Position numbers and translations under genes: made by a program. The notes beneath the pieces were generated by a model, which had not been told where the DNA came from, made no database searches, and was given only the letters and a program-made list of their open reading frames with translations. This document shows positions 24,690-39,700 of a stretch of DNA of 63,992 bases, in pieces. Position 1 is the stretch's first letter; each line of letters opens with the position of its first letter. Where the stretch lies: assembly GCA_015680685.1 (NCBI GenBank), contig MNCI01000721.1, positions 540,266 through 604,257 on the forward strand, in the 5' to 3' direction. The stretch is from Gnetum montanum. Taxonomy: Eukaryota; Plantae; Gnetophyta.

Positions 24690-27350
24690 TTTTCCAAGAA
24701 GCTATTAAAAAACTTTTTCTTGGTAAAAATATTAAGAAAGGTGGGATTTGTCTTCTTTCTAAAATTGGATATTTTCAACATATTGGTAATTAGAGGCCTA
24801 TTATTCTTCTTAATAATATAAAATTATAGCTAAATGCATAGCTTACTATATTCAAAAGATTCTTAAAGATATTATCAAGACCTGAATAGACTCATTTTGT
24901 TAAAGGTAGACATATCTTAAATAAATAGCTTGGAAGGAAATGTAGTGGGCTTTTGATACTAACCAAGACATGGCTTTTATTAAGTTAGATTATGCTAAAG
25001 CTTATGACAAGATTGAACAGAATTTTATTATTTTTTATCTCTGTAAACTAGGATTTAGTAATTATTTTATTCAACTTGTCCACACCTTACTCATTGATGC
25101 TATTGCTTAAGTTGCTACTATTTTTGGATTAAGTTTCTACTTTTCTCTCCAATGGTCAGTTTATCAAGGTTGTCCTCTAGCACCCTATCTTTTTATTATT
25201 GCTATGGATTTTCTTTCTCATAATCCACATTATGATCTAAAAAGAAATATCATTAAGGGAATTTTAATTGATGGTCAAGATATAAAATTTCTTAACATAC
25301 ACTTTACAAATAATTCTTTATTTATGATCAACAGTTCTATGTAATATATCAATGTCATTTTAGCTAAAGTGGAGGATTACTGCATATTATTTAGCTCTTA
25401 GATTAATTGATAAAAGTCTGTTGTTTATTGTAGTGGAAATATTGATGAGTGGATTACTCTGAAACCTTAGAAAATCTTGAAAAAAGATTCTATGTTCCAA
25501 ATTTTAGGAATATCTTTTTCTTTTAAGCCTAATCTTACTATTTTGTGGAATTATGTAGTTGATAAATTTGAAAATAAGCTTGATAAATGGAAAGAAAATA
25601 AGCTCACCCTTGCTAGAAAAGTTTTAGTTATTAAGCAAATGCTTTAATCAACTCATTTTTATTACTTCAATTGTTGGGCTCATTCTAAAACTTCTTATAA
25701 AAGAATTGATCATATTATCCTTTGATTTCTTTAGTCTTCTAAGCAACATGAAAAAGGTTTTTCTAGAGTTGATTGGGATATTTGCACTAGTAGTAAGAAA
25801 GATAAGGACTTACCCTCATTAATTGTTATAACAAGGGTATTTCTCTTAAAGCAAATGGATTGCAAGGTGCATTATGGAGATGATATTTGGATGCTCTTTT
25901 TAAGAAATAGACTTATGCAAGAAAAACCTAAGAATGATAATAGTTGGTTTTCTAATAACTTTCTTTACTGTCTTCTTTTTCCTCGTGCCATTTTTATTTA
26001 TGGTTCTCCAATTCTTAAACAAATTTGGAAGACATGGTGCAAGCTTTGTAAATATTGGAATTGCAATTATATTACAAGTTCAAAAGATATGTTTAAGCAA
26101 ATTAGTCCATAGCGGCTTCCTTTTAATGAAGGAGCCTAGGCTATTAATACATCTAGATTGTGTACCACTTTGATTGTGTATCATTGTAGTTTCTTGTTTG
26201 TCTATGCATGCTAATGGATGGATTACTTAAAATGAAGCTTTTAGCCTCTATGGTTTGAATAGCAAGAGGAAATTTTTTTTTGAAAAATTAATTTCTAATA
26301 TTGAGAATTTATTTAAAGTTAACAACAACAATTTGCATCAAGTTTTTAAAGATATTTTTTGGAAGAATGACAGATATGTTTTTCCTTTCAATTTGAAAGT
26401 TGCTTATAAGATTATTACAAAAAATGATTTTATTTATAAGAAATTCATTAAGGCCTAGAAAATGCTATTATTATTGCAATTTTGGATGAGGAAAATGAAT
26501 GATATTTTGAGAGCTCATATATTCCTTAAAATTCATATTTTTTAATGGTATCTAATTTACCAAGGTTTTTCTATTAGTACTTGTCTTAAATATATGAGAA
26601 ATGTTTCTTCTTAATGTCCTCTTTGTAGAAGTAAAAATTCATTTTCTCATATTTTTTTGAGTGTCCTATTGATTATTATGCTTGGAAATGAACATCCACA
26701 ATCTGTAACAACTTCCAACTAAGCATTAATAAAGTCATTTTTGGTGATTAGCTTGCTTTGTCTACTTCATTTTTTTTGTATTTGGGATTGTCTTTGACCC
26801 ATTGTTTTGTACTCTATTTGGAAGCTTCTATAGTTATTTTCTAGTAGCAATAGCATAACTATGACCTTTTTTTAGGTGTCAAATACTATATTCTCAAAGA
26901 TGTCACTTTGTAGCTACAACTTCAAGCAAAAAAGCTCCCAATGAAAGTTGAACAATTAATTTGTTTTCTATAACATTAATTTCTTTTTGTTTCAAAGGTT
27001 CAAGGATGGGAAGCTTTTTAGCTTTTGTTACTATTTGTTCTTTATCTCTAATTATGTATTCTTTTTTCTTTAAAGAGACTTTTCTCATTCTCTTTACAAA
27101 AAACTCCTTAGTAAGAAGTGAAAACTCATGAGAGTGTTTGTGAATAAGGGCAAGGCTTGATCTTTTTCCTAACTTAGAGAGGAGGTTTTTAAAGATTAGT
27201 TGTAGGGATAAAAACTTGAAAATACATTTCCAAAACCATTAGGCTATTGTTTAGACTCTCTTCAATAATCTAATGTACTTTGAATTTTTTTTAATATATT
27301 ATTCATTTTTTGGGTTGGCCACTATCGTCCTCCCTTTTTTTCTCTTGAAA
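24690..27350 (+). mobile_element. Degenerate 5'-truncated L1 LINE, ORF2 RT through zf-RVT
   Basis: FIKLDYAKAYDKIE, QGCPLAPYLFIIAMD, ILGISF, KLTLARKVLVIK; many stops; boundaries approximate. Confidence 0.8.
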
Positions 27351-27731
27351 TTTGAATCCATCCATCTATTTCAATTCTAAAATAATGAGAGCCCAATCTT
27401 ATTAGGTTAATTTCATGTTATAGACAACAATATAATTTTGAATAGAATATAATTAATTGTATAAATTAAAATATAATATTAGATAAAATATAATTTACCA
27501 TTACAGGATTCTAATACGTTGTTGACTGAATAAAGCGTGTTACAGACTTATAATTCTAATGGTTGGTAAGCCTCGGCGAAGATAAGAACGGAACTTGATC
27601 CCTAAGACGTTGAACACTAAATTATATTTAGCGTTTCAGAAACATGACTGATAGTTGCGTGTCAGCCAAAACGATAGGATATGGATATGGTCTCCCCGTC
27701 AAGATCAAGACAGCTCAGTTTTTAGGGTAAA

Positions 27732-30700
27732 ATGCAAAGCGTCACCACAGCGAAGTTAAATATCTGGAACTCTGCACTTGGCACTGGCATGCACATGGCA
27801 GGATTTGTGCCTGCGTCCTCGTGTGCGCCAGAGTTATTACGTTGTGTTGCATTTCTTACCTCAAAACCAAAACCAAAAGCAGCATTGCCATTGCCTTTGC
27901 TACTGCCATTCTCACTTCCTGTTGTTCAATCAACAACAACAACTTCTTCTTCTTCTTGTACTACTACTACTCGCAGCAGCAGCAGCAGCAGCAGGAGAAA
28001 ATTGAGTAGGAGTTTGTGCTGTAGTTGCAGCATGGCATACGATCGAGAGCTTGCCATTGCCGTTAAGGCTACCTCCTTAGCAGCTCGCCTCTGCCAGGCA
28101 TCACCATTCCTTTCTATGTTTAACTCGATTCAATGACGTCTTTTTCAATACTTGTTTCAACAGGCTTTTCGTTCCTGCTTAAAAAAAAAAAATTCATTTC
28201 CGTTGCTGCAGTGCTTACTGATTTTTTAGACTTACATTTGTAATCTACACCGGTCGCAGTTACAGTCGGCAGAGTAGCGAGTTCCTTTGAAACCTAGGAC
28301 TGTGGTTAACGGCTTCAGAGGTGCTCTGTTGCTGTTTTTGGTGCTGGTTATTGAAAATGTTGATGATACGATAGCCTTGAAGGAATGAAATTCATTAATG
28401 GAAATGACCCTTGAATGAACACGGATTAGTAACATTGCATCCGAATTAGAGCAAACCGCCTTGTACGGATCGAGTTTCTCGGCGTCTTTGCACCGCAGAC
28501 CTGTTCTTAAAAAACGACGCAGGGCAAGCACATTGTGCAAAGAATCTCACAAAAACAAAGGTAGAAATACCCTTAAAAAATGCAACCAGAGACCTATCTT
28601 ACCGTGCACATTTCTTCAATGATGGAACAGAATTGGCTTATTTCCCAAGCTATGTGAAGCTCGCCCAGTGGAGAACAGAATTAGTAAATACATGCGGCAA
28701 TCCAAAATGGGTAATCGTTAAGTTGTTCGGAATTATGAAGTCGGTGCTTTTGGCAATTCACAGGACACAACAATACAAGGATGCAGTTGCTTCCTGGCCA
28801 ATGAATTCAATGACGTATCAGCGTAGATTCTATTTAGACAACCAATTGTGTCCTACAAATGATCCTGGCAGGCTGCTACAATACTTCTCTTGATTCATAT
28901 TATCAATCGTTAACACCAAGATCTGTACATAGTTAACTGAACCCTCAAGTAACTTGCCGCAATCCTCATCGCTGCTAGTTTTTCTGCTGCAGTCACTATC
29001 GGCTATACTGTTCACTAACAGAAACCACACATTTTATAGTTACCAACGTTTCATGTTCTGGGTCAAATTTAATGTAATGATATTCAATCTGAAAACAAGG
29101 ATCTTCTCGCTCTAGCTATCCAATCTTACCATCTTACCTCCTCTAGGCTCTAGCCCATTATATATTTCCATGTTTTGTGCAGAAGTTCCAGCAATAGTTT
29201 ACAACAGGAGGCTTCATTTGTTTGGCTTGGATCAGTTCCCACGGATTTCTGCTCAGAAACTAAAAGGAAAAATCAAGTAAAAGAATTGATAGCACAAATA
29301 ACTTTAACATTATTTTAATTTTATCAAACCAGTTCACATCCAAGTGCTAGAAGCAAAGCTCAACCATTAAAAAGCCTCTAACATGGCAGTGCTTTTGCTT
29401 ACAATAACCTTCACCTGAATACAAGATTATTCGCACTTCCGATATTCTCTCTGTTTCACGCTACCGAATACCCATTTCTATAGCTTATTTTAAAAGGAAC
29501 CTGAATAGTTTTATTGTGAAGAGGAAAGGAAAGATTCAGTGTCTTAAAATATAATGGATCTTTTCTACTTATATCATATCATATCTGTATTTAGCTTTTC
29601 ATTTTATTTTTAATTTATTATTTTAAATTTTGTATTTTCGAGAGAAGCACCTGCTTCAGACCTCCACACTGTAACCATATCTTTCTATGCAAGAAGGACC
29701 AAGCTCCCAATTGCTCAATTAATTCTTACCAAATATCTAGCATTATCATTAATCTTGTCTTGCCATATTACAAGGAATTTTTATAAGACTTGTTTCTGGT
29801 GTTTATTCCCTGGACATCAGAGATCAAGGATTCTTATTTTTTTTTTCTTTTGTTAAACATGTCTTTGCTAGAGATTACCTGCTTTAGATCTTCAAATTCT
29901 TTCTTCTTTGCATCTTCATTATCTTCATGAAATAAGGACAAGTCTGCTATTAAAGATGTTAGACATTTGAATATATTTAGGTAAGTTAATTACATAATTA
30001 TTGTTCTCTTTCCCAGTTACTTCAAATGGAGAATTTTTTTTATGTCTCTTAACCTTTTTTAGCAGTTAATTTCCAAGTATTTATCTCTTTGTATGAATCC
30101 ACATACACTGCCTAACCTTTAAAAAGTTTTCAAGTCCTTTCTTTTATTTACATAATGGACATGCTATGGGAGCTCAAGGAACCTTTATTTAAGCACTTAA
30201 TATCTCCAAAAGAACTCTCCAAAATGAACGTGAAGATTGCATCAAACATCATGAATTGGTGAGCTAAGGAAAGGCATTCATTCATGTATGAAAGTCAAGT
30301 ACAATAAAAAAACATCAATGGGAAAAAAGAAATTTGACTTACTCTCTCTTCTTACTTCTAGCTATCACTCTTGATTCATAAATGAGCCATTCCTTTTGCT
30401 TCTCCTCTTTTGGCCTATTGGAAACTGTAACTGAAACTGTACATTAATTACATTTGTAAAGACCCACAGGATCTATCAGACAAATTAGTTTGTACAAAAT
30501 CAAGCCCTGCTAGCTTAAATTATATTTACGAAATTGTGTGTGTGAAAAAATCTGTTCCATTACATTTTAATAATATATGTTATTCATTTTCTGTCACTTG
30601 TAGTAGGTCATTCAATATATTCTGATCTCATGCTGCACATTATTTCATCTTCTAGTTTTTAACTTGAAGATGATGTGATTCCATTCTTACTTTACTAATT

Positions 30701-33700
30701 AGTGTTTGCATGGATAATAGGAATAGTTGCATGCAGATATTCTGCTTCATCATGGATTTATAGGCTTTTGTAGAGTTTTTATCTTTATGAATTTTCTCTT
30801 TTATCAAAACAAACAAAATTGGATGCACTAATTGTTGGGAAGATTTTAACTTCTTGTTGGCTAGCCAATTTCAACAAAACTGATAAACCAACCATTTTGT
30901 GAAGAAAGGCTAGTCACGATTGCCAACTCCATCCTTTTATCAATTTGTTCATTTTGTTTTATGCTTTCATTTAAGTTGAGAGATGTTTTCTTCTTTTCCG
31001 TAACTAGCACCTCAAAGTGAATCCTGATTGAACTTCGAACTTTTTTGTTTGTATTTTTGATCATATCTTCTCTTTGTTTCTATTNAACGGTCCCCAAGGG
31101 ACTTTCTCTTTACTTGAGGGATAGATTTTTCCTTTCCCTAGCTAGAAGCATGCTAAATTTACCAATTTTTAAGATCTATTTTGGTTATGCAGTGTAGGAA
31201 CATAGTTACACTGTCAGCAAGATATTAGATTTGTTGGAACAGTTGCTACCCTGCAACATTGTCATATACCAACATAATATCTCCATTCATACTACATAGC
31301 CTATCATTACCATATGATTGAGTTGCATCTGGCTAAGGGTTTGCAAGAGAAAGCTTGCACATTATTCATCAATTAAAAGTATTCAGAATGGGGCTCACTG
31401 AATCACCAAAATCTATACAAAGACTTATATGATGGGTTCTGAACTGAAGTTAGCAATGTCCAAAGACTAGCATCAACTATGAGGCACCAACTACCTACTT
31501 AATGATTCAGGAACATTTTTAGAGTGTAGATTTTTCTTTCTTACTTTTTAACTTTTACAATTGAATTTTAATGCTTGCCGTTTTTGGGTAGTCAGTTGTC
31601 CATGATCAGGTTAGTTTCCTTCAATATTATTTGTATGAAACTTGACCAGAAAATTCTGTTAATGGCTTTTGGTGTAAAATTACACTATCAACCATCAGAA
31701 TACAGATCTTTCAAAAAGATTTTGTGGTTTTCCTTTGGATGCCTTTTGAACAGCCAAAGGATGCATGAGCATCGTCCTTGGTGCTCTAATATTTTTTAAC
31801 TGTCAAATTGTGTTTGTAATTCATATGAAACTTTACCTTTTCCGGCATAGTGTAATTTCACTTTTCAACATGACTCATGAAGCATATAATATCTCATTTA
31901 CAATGTATCTTTCCTGACTAACCTTTATAACAACAATCTTTCCACTTATAGAATCCATTCGTGTACATCCCAAATTATGTTCCAAACTAGCTTTTATTGG
32001 CCCATGAGCATTCTGTGTTAAATTACTATTACACTAATGTAATTTGTGGTTAAAAATGTTAAAAATAGCTAAATTGAGAAAAAGATATCTAACTTTTTCA
32101 GTGGAAAAAGTCTTCATTACTCCATAAATTTTCAGCTGATTTTTTCTTTAAAAAGTAATGCAACCAAATTTTTTCAAGATGTCACAATTTTTTGATGAAT
32201 GTTTTGAATAATTCACGGAAGGTTCTAAAAGAAATTTGATTTTAAACTTCTTACCAACAAAAATGCTAAGCAAACTAATACAATTATAACAGTATGAAGT
32301 GTTATAATTGTTTTTATATGTTGTTGTTGTATTAATATTAGTACAAAGGATTAATAAGTCATGGAAGCTTTTGATTTTTAACTTCTCAACAACAAAAATG
32401 TTAACCAAAATACCCAACTAATAAAATTATGGTAGTACAATTTTTTTTTCATATTTTGTTGTTCTGTTAGTAATTTTACTAAGGATTAACAAAGTTGACA
32501 AGGCTTCCATGTACATGGCTAAAAAGAATTTGTAACGTCTCATTAAAAGTTTCAAACATTATAGGATCATACTTGAAAGAGAAACAGAATAGAATTACAA
32601 ACATATGCTGGTAGTGGAAAGATGAAGGAATTTGTACACAATAAATCATGCTTACGCTTTTGTTATTATATTTATATTTATTTAATTTTATATTGTCTAT
32701 AATCTGCTTTCAAAATATTTTATAGTTTTTATTTTATATATTACCAACTTTTCAAACAACTTTTTCAACATTTTTTTTTTGACTTTTTCAATGTTCTAAC
32801 TTTTCCAAATAGCTTAGAAATTTGTTTTGCCAACCTTTGAATCTTTGGTAATTTGTATATCTGCATGTTTCTGTATTCAAAATTATGTTGTGCAGGTTCT
32901 TGTGATACTTTTTAGTATTTGATAATTTTATTTCATTGGCATACTGTGTAATTTCAGTCAGTGCAAAAGGGCCTTTTACAAACAGATGCTAAAGATAAGT
33001 TGGACAGTTCTCCTGTTACAGTTGCTGATTATGGTACGCATCATGTTCAATGGATGGTGAACCTTGAAATCCTAGATCTGTTGTTCTATATAAATGTTTC
33101 CAACTGTTCTAAAAAAAAAGTAAATTTCTTATGTGGATTGTTCTTGCATAATGTTATGGACCACAATGTTAATAGCAGCTACATGTTGTGCAAACCTTAT
33201 TTCTAGTTTAAAAATATCCCTATCCATTTCCAAAAGATAGAAGCAGGCGTTAGGGCTGTTCTTCTAGCATTTGTCTTTTTCAAAGTGCAATCTGTTAATA
33301 GCAAAACCCCATTTTTTAAAAAGATGAGATAGCTTTCTTATCTTCATAATAATTCAAAATCTGGCAACTGCTGCTTGAAAGGGTGTATGTTCAAAGGGTC
33401 AAAACTACACGTAAGAGGATAATGAATTGGTTAATAAATGGACAATCACACTCAGCGTGACTATTTTTTAGAGGGTAAGGTAAACAGTACTGATTATGCC
33501 TGGAACAATGCCTCTGGGCTGCTGTAGGGTGCAAGTTTTAGGCTCTGAACCTAGTACCTTCAAGTATAACACTGTGAGCTAACCAACTGACTAATGGCCA
33601 GTTTTTGGTGTGAACTACTGTTATGACAGTAAAAGTGTATCAAAACTTTAGCAACTTTACTCATGGCATGTGTAGCTTTATTAGTGAGAATTTGTTTCAT

Positions 33701-36700
33701 AAACAGATATCCTTATTCCAGGGTATACTCATGAACTTATAGAATGAGAATATAATATATGATGGATAAGCAACAAGAGTTTTAGGAAGAGAAATTTGAC
33801 TTTAGAAGATTCAATTAAAACTCTTTCTATTAGCTTCAATATAATGCAAGAGCAAGCATCTTTTTTCTTATTGTTAGTGCTAATCCTCAGTTCACATACA
33901 AGTCGAAAAGCAATCTTAAGATATTGGAGGATCAACCTCAATCATCTTCCCAAAAGTCACTATAAAATTTTTCAACTCCTAAGGCTTAGCGCCAGGTCAA
34001 GTTCTGTAGGAGAAACTTGACAATGAAAAATCTATAGGAGAGACTTGACAATGAGATATGCTGATTAAAGTTCCAACATGTTTTACTACATTCAAACCTT
34101 CCATTCATTTTAAACAAAAATAAAAGCAACACAATTTTGTATGATCCACTTGGTTTAAGTCTGTTTCACAATTAACACGCACTAGAAGCGGTCTGATGTG
34201 TTCCATAACTTATAACATCTGTTAAGCAAATTAATTCTCTACCATCGTATAATGTTTGAGGGTAAAAAGGCCAACAGTACTTTTATAATTTAACTTAGCA
34301 TTCTGACATTGAAATTCATCCACCATTGTATCCAACCATCATTGAGATATGGGTTTTCTTTGAATTTTATACTAAACAAACAAGTTATGATTCACCATGA
34401 TTTTTGGGCTTTCATTATATACCCCCAAAATGGATGTAGGTTGTACATCAAAGCTAAGTAAACTCATGTATAGCTAGTGTTGAAGACTTTGTGATCAAAT
34501 CCATTTGTAGGACAAGATGCATGAAGATAAATAATGCAATCCATTGAATCCATTACACAATATTTTCTTTAATGTTTTCTTAAAATGCTACATGCATAAT
34601 GAAAGGCACATGAAACCATACTGATGAAGATTGGATCAGGATCACGATCCTAGGTGATTTTGGAGCATGATCCAAACCATGGTAATCTGGATCGGTTCTA
34701 GATTGTGATCCAATTCAGATAAAAAACTGTGATTCTGGATTGTGATCTAGGAATCATGATTCCAGATGATTTTGATGCTCCGGTATGGTCAATTAAAAAA
34801 TTAATATAAAACTTTAACAAAATAAATTTTTTTAAAAAACCAATCCAAATAACAAAATTCGAGACTTAATAACATGTTTTTCACGTTAAACATTTATTTA
34901 AACATTAACGCACAATCCAAATAACAAAATTCGAGACTTAATACAACTATAAACGTGGAAGTATGAGCATAGAACATTCTGGATATGTGTCATTAACATT
35001 TTCAAGTTAGTACATATTATTTTGCAAAGAGCAAGGCATTTGGATCTCAGTATTTTCATAGGGAGCTCAGCAGTGCATTCTTTAGGACCCCTCAACAATG
35101 CATTCTTCAACTCAATTTGAGTCACTTCAGCAGTTAATTTCATACATTTTTTAGCTCATTTGTTTTAGTTGACCATGAATATTTGATGCAATCTTGTTAT
35201 ATTAATATGTTTAGAAATTTCGATTTTGAAGTTGGGTATATTGGTTTTTTATGGATTTTCAATTTTTTGTCTTGTTAATTGCACACTTTTGAAAATGATT
35301 AAAAATTCAATATTTTTAAATATTTTTTAATATTGTGATTCTGAATTATGATCCACAATCCAGAATCTTAGGAATGTAAAAATGATCTATGATCTGATCC
35401 AATTTTCATAAATATCCATGAAAGAAGTGTATCATATAACTTGCCCACTTAGTGTGAGGCTGGATGATATTGTTTAACCTATGGGCCATAGAGCTTATCT
35501 GCTCATAACTTATGTGAAATTCATCTCATGAAGAATAAGCAAGCAAGCATTCTCAAGAACCAAAATTCTTAGTGTTGGGGTATTTTTTAGCCTTTTAAAA
35601 AGATAAATGCTTATGAAATGGGGTTGGAATGATAAAAGAAGTAATCATAAAATTAAAAGAAAGGAAATTGAAATACATGATAATATTGATACTTCTTGAC
35701 ATATAGGAACATATAGAATGGACAAGCTCATTGCTAAACATGAAAAGTGCAACAGGCTACTCTTGCTTGTACTACAGAATAATTTCTTGAGAGCACATTC
35801 TTTGATAACTTAATAAAATACAAAATATTTTGTTGGCCAAGGACCGGCAGTCTAGCCATATCAGAAACTTGACACATTTAGGATATTTCTTCCTAGTTTG
35901 AAGAATAATAATAGCTATCAACGGTGTAGAAAGTACTATTTAGGATTCAGCGAATGAGCCTGTGTTTCACTTATTAAAGGGACATTAAAACAGGGAATGA
36001 AAAATTAGGGCTGACATCCCAATGTTTCATTGTCTCTTATGATTGCTTGATTCATGGTAGGTCCAAAGAAGTTTAGATATCAGTCTGCAATTGGCAAGGC
36101 ATGTTAGTTTCAATGCAGAATCGAAAGGGGCAAGGTAACTATAGGACAAGCAAGTGGTTAGGGAATATCGGATTTGAATGAAGAGGCATATATTATAGCG
36201 GGAATATCGGATTTGAATGAAGAGGCATATATTATAGCCCTAAAAATAACAATGCAATCGAAAAATTAAAATGAATCTCATTTCTAAGACTCATGTATTC
36301 TTGTATGTGACATGAAAAGAAAAACTTTAACAATGCTTAACTTGATGCAATAAAGGTGGATGCTAATTAACAAATGTTTTTGTAAGAATGCTTGTGATGA
36401 TGACAATCATATCATTATGTTCTTATTTAAAAGTTTAATTAAAGATTCTATGGCCTTTGCAAGATGAAGGTCATAGACTTGTCATACAAAAGGTAATGGG
36501 ATGCTCTTTTGACTGGAAAACTTTCTTCCATGAGCAGTAAAGATTTTTGTAAATTGAATTGAAAGGCATTAGGATTGATTTGTAGGTGTATTGCATATTC
36601 AATTTTGGTAGAATACTAGGAAGAAAATCAACATTGGATTTGCCTAGGAAATTGGATTGAAGGTTCCAAGTTACTACATCCTACAATAGGGGTTTTCTAC

Positions 36701-39700
36701 ATAGAAATTTACATTGACTTAAAATGCAAGAAGCTGAAGTGTTTTTTTTTTTTCTTTTGGAAAGAGTTCGGGTCATTAAATTAGTCACAATCAAAATTTA
36801 CATGTGTCCTGTACAATCACAAAATGAGGGGGATATTGCCCCCCTTTGCTCCCTTGATACCCCAACCAAGAGAAACCCCCCTAATCCCTTAGATTCCTCT
36901 TGAGCAATCCAAAATTGGTATCCTGATCCAAAAAATTCCCAAGACAACCCAACAGATTGTAGAACAAAACAAAGAAAACAAAAACCAAAAAGACACAATG
37001 AGCCAATCCCATTGCCTATATATGGTAGGGAAGGTTGGTACAATGGCAAATGGCCTTCTCATGGCAAGATAGTCGAAAATAGCTTGATGTCTCTTAGTAT
37101 CCACAAAAGTAGCGGCCTGCTGAAAATCTTTGAATGCCTTTGCTTTCCTCGCACATTCCTCCGCATCTCCCTTTCCATCTAGATGGAGCTTCCTCCCCCT
37201 ATGATGAATGTAACATCGCAACGCCTTCCACGACATATTTCGGCCAATGTTCATGACCACGTAGGGGCATCTCCCCTCCTAGAGCCAAGATCTAGCATTA
37301 TGCTTGTGTGCCTGATCTTGTTGCTGTTGGATTTGAGCAGCCTCCATCTCCTCCCACTCCTAGTGCTCCTTGTCCTCCCTTGCCTGGATCTTTTGCTCCT
37401 GCACCTCTTGTTGGAGTTGCTTCTAGATACGTTGCTGAAGCTTCACTTCCAACTTGTTCAATGCCCTTGCCTCCTCTAGGTCTTGATGTCACCTCTCCTC
37501 CTTGATTGCTTTTGCATGGAGGTGCTCGTTCAATTGCAACTACCGTTGGAACTTTTCTTCTTGTGCCATCCACTTGCCCTCCTAGAGGGCCCTTTCCTTT
37601 GCTTGGGCCCGAGTTGTTGCCTCCTTTGTTGCCTTGGCCAACATAGTCTTAAGATCCTGAGGCATGGTCTCAGCAATGGCCCCATGCAGAGCTACCCCCT
37701 GATCCCTTTCCAACATGCAACTCCGATGACCTTGATCGAGCCTCTTGATCATCAGACTCTTTAGTTAAATCCACCACCACCGGTAGAGCACAATGAGATT
37801 GCCTTTGCCCATAAACCACCTGAACCGGAGCATCCCTTGGCTGCAGAGCCAAAATCAGCCCTGAGTGCCAACCCCGTCTCTGGCGCCTCAAGATCTTCGA
37901 AAGAACTGTGACATATTGACTGCACACCCTAGCCTCAAGCACCTTAAGAAGTGTTATTTGAATTTGTGACAACATTTAATGTCACAATAGCAGATATAGA
38001 AGCAATGGGTTAAGGTTTTGAGTGATGAACACATAGTGATCTTGTTGGGAGCATTGCCAGGAAGTTGGAGTCATGCGGTTATAATAGTCAATGCTAATAG
38101 CGTCACAAGAATGGACCATGAGGACGTTGTCACCATTCTTAGAATGGAAGAAATGGGTTGTTCTCAGAATGGAGAAACTTCATTAGGAAGTCAAACATTA
38201 GTTATGGAGAGTAACAAAAAGAAAGGGATACCAATTTGTTAGAAATGTGGGAAACGTGGGCATGTGAAGAGAGATTGCAAATTTGCTTTTGCTAGATTTA
38301 AATTTAAAGAAAAAGTAAAAATTAAATTTTGACATCTATTTTGTTTTCTGATCATGTAAATATGGATATTGTATATTTTGCAATGTCTTATTGTGTTTGT
38401 TAAGGTTTATGTGTACTGCATGAAGAGTGGCAACACATGTCCTGAATGATCCGTCTCAACTCTTCACTCAATTGTGGCTCACAGAATAGAGCACACTCTG
38501 CAGAACACAAGACAACACTCATTAGAGACTTTTTCAGCTTTCCTAAGGATACTCTCTCTATCTCAAGTATCTCCCTTTTGCCTCTCCCCAATTATGTCTC
38601 TTTTCTTAAAGACCTCATGGCTTATTTATAGTTTTTCCCCCAACCGTTTAACTTCCCGCTCACACCTTTATTCAAACCAAGAAGTCTTAGGAAGTACAAG
38701 ACAACCCATCCAAGATGATTGTTGTTTCAGGCAAGACATATCATTTGCTGGCAAGATGTCTCAATTGTGCTAGATGTCCCAACTGCATGTCCAAAACCCT
38801 CTGTTAAGACTTTTCTTGTGTTCTGGCCGTTGCAACAGCAAGCAACTTTGATGCCTTGGCCTTGGAGCAAAGTTAGATGCTCCTGGAATCAGCCCAAATA
38901 TAAAGACACATTTACAAGGACCGAACGACACTTTGAGGACTCTAACTCAGGGGCTATAACAGTTGATGTCGTCATCACAAATGGAATTGAAAGGGAATTC
39001 ATGTCAATGTTCATGATTAAGCATTCAGAAGACATTCATGGGAAGATTAAATAAATTCATGCTGGATAAGAGAACATTCATGACAAAATGAGAAATGCTG
39101 GTGCTACAAACCTCTTGAACTTGTTTCTATTGATTTGGTTCTCAAGAGCTCTATCAATTCTTTACAACGTAAATTAATATCTTTTTACAATGTTGGAGAA
39201 GGCACGTTTTTATAATGTTGAAGTTTTTATTTTTTAATGCAGTAACTAAATTTCAGCAAGTAAAGATGATTCATTTTTGGATGTGTTATGACCTCCTTTA
39301 TTAATACTTAATTTTTAAATTCTGCCCTAGTAGTTTTAATGGTGAATATGACATAAAATGCTAAAATTTTAACTTTTTTTTCAGGTTCTCAAGCATTGAT
39401 TAGCTTTGTGCTAAATAAAGAATTGCCTGCAGGAACATTTTCTTTGGTAGCAGAAGAGGTAACATGTTCCATACACGGGGGCTTTGAATTCGTTTTAGAA
39501 AATATTTTTGAAATTTTTTGGAAGTTGTCTATCTACAGAGTTAACTTGTCAGAATGTTAGTGTTATTTGTTTTTATATATATGTCTTATACTGTATGGTT
39601 TAATCCATCCTAGGATGCAGAAGACTTGCAGAAAGAGGATGCATATGATATGTTGGAACGCATCACATCTCTTGTTAATGGGACTCTTACTGTGGATGGA

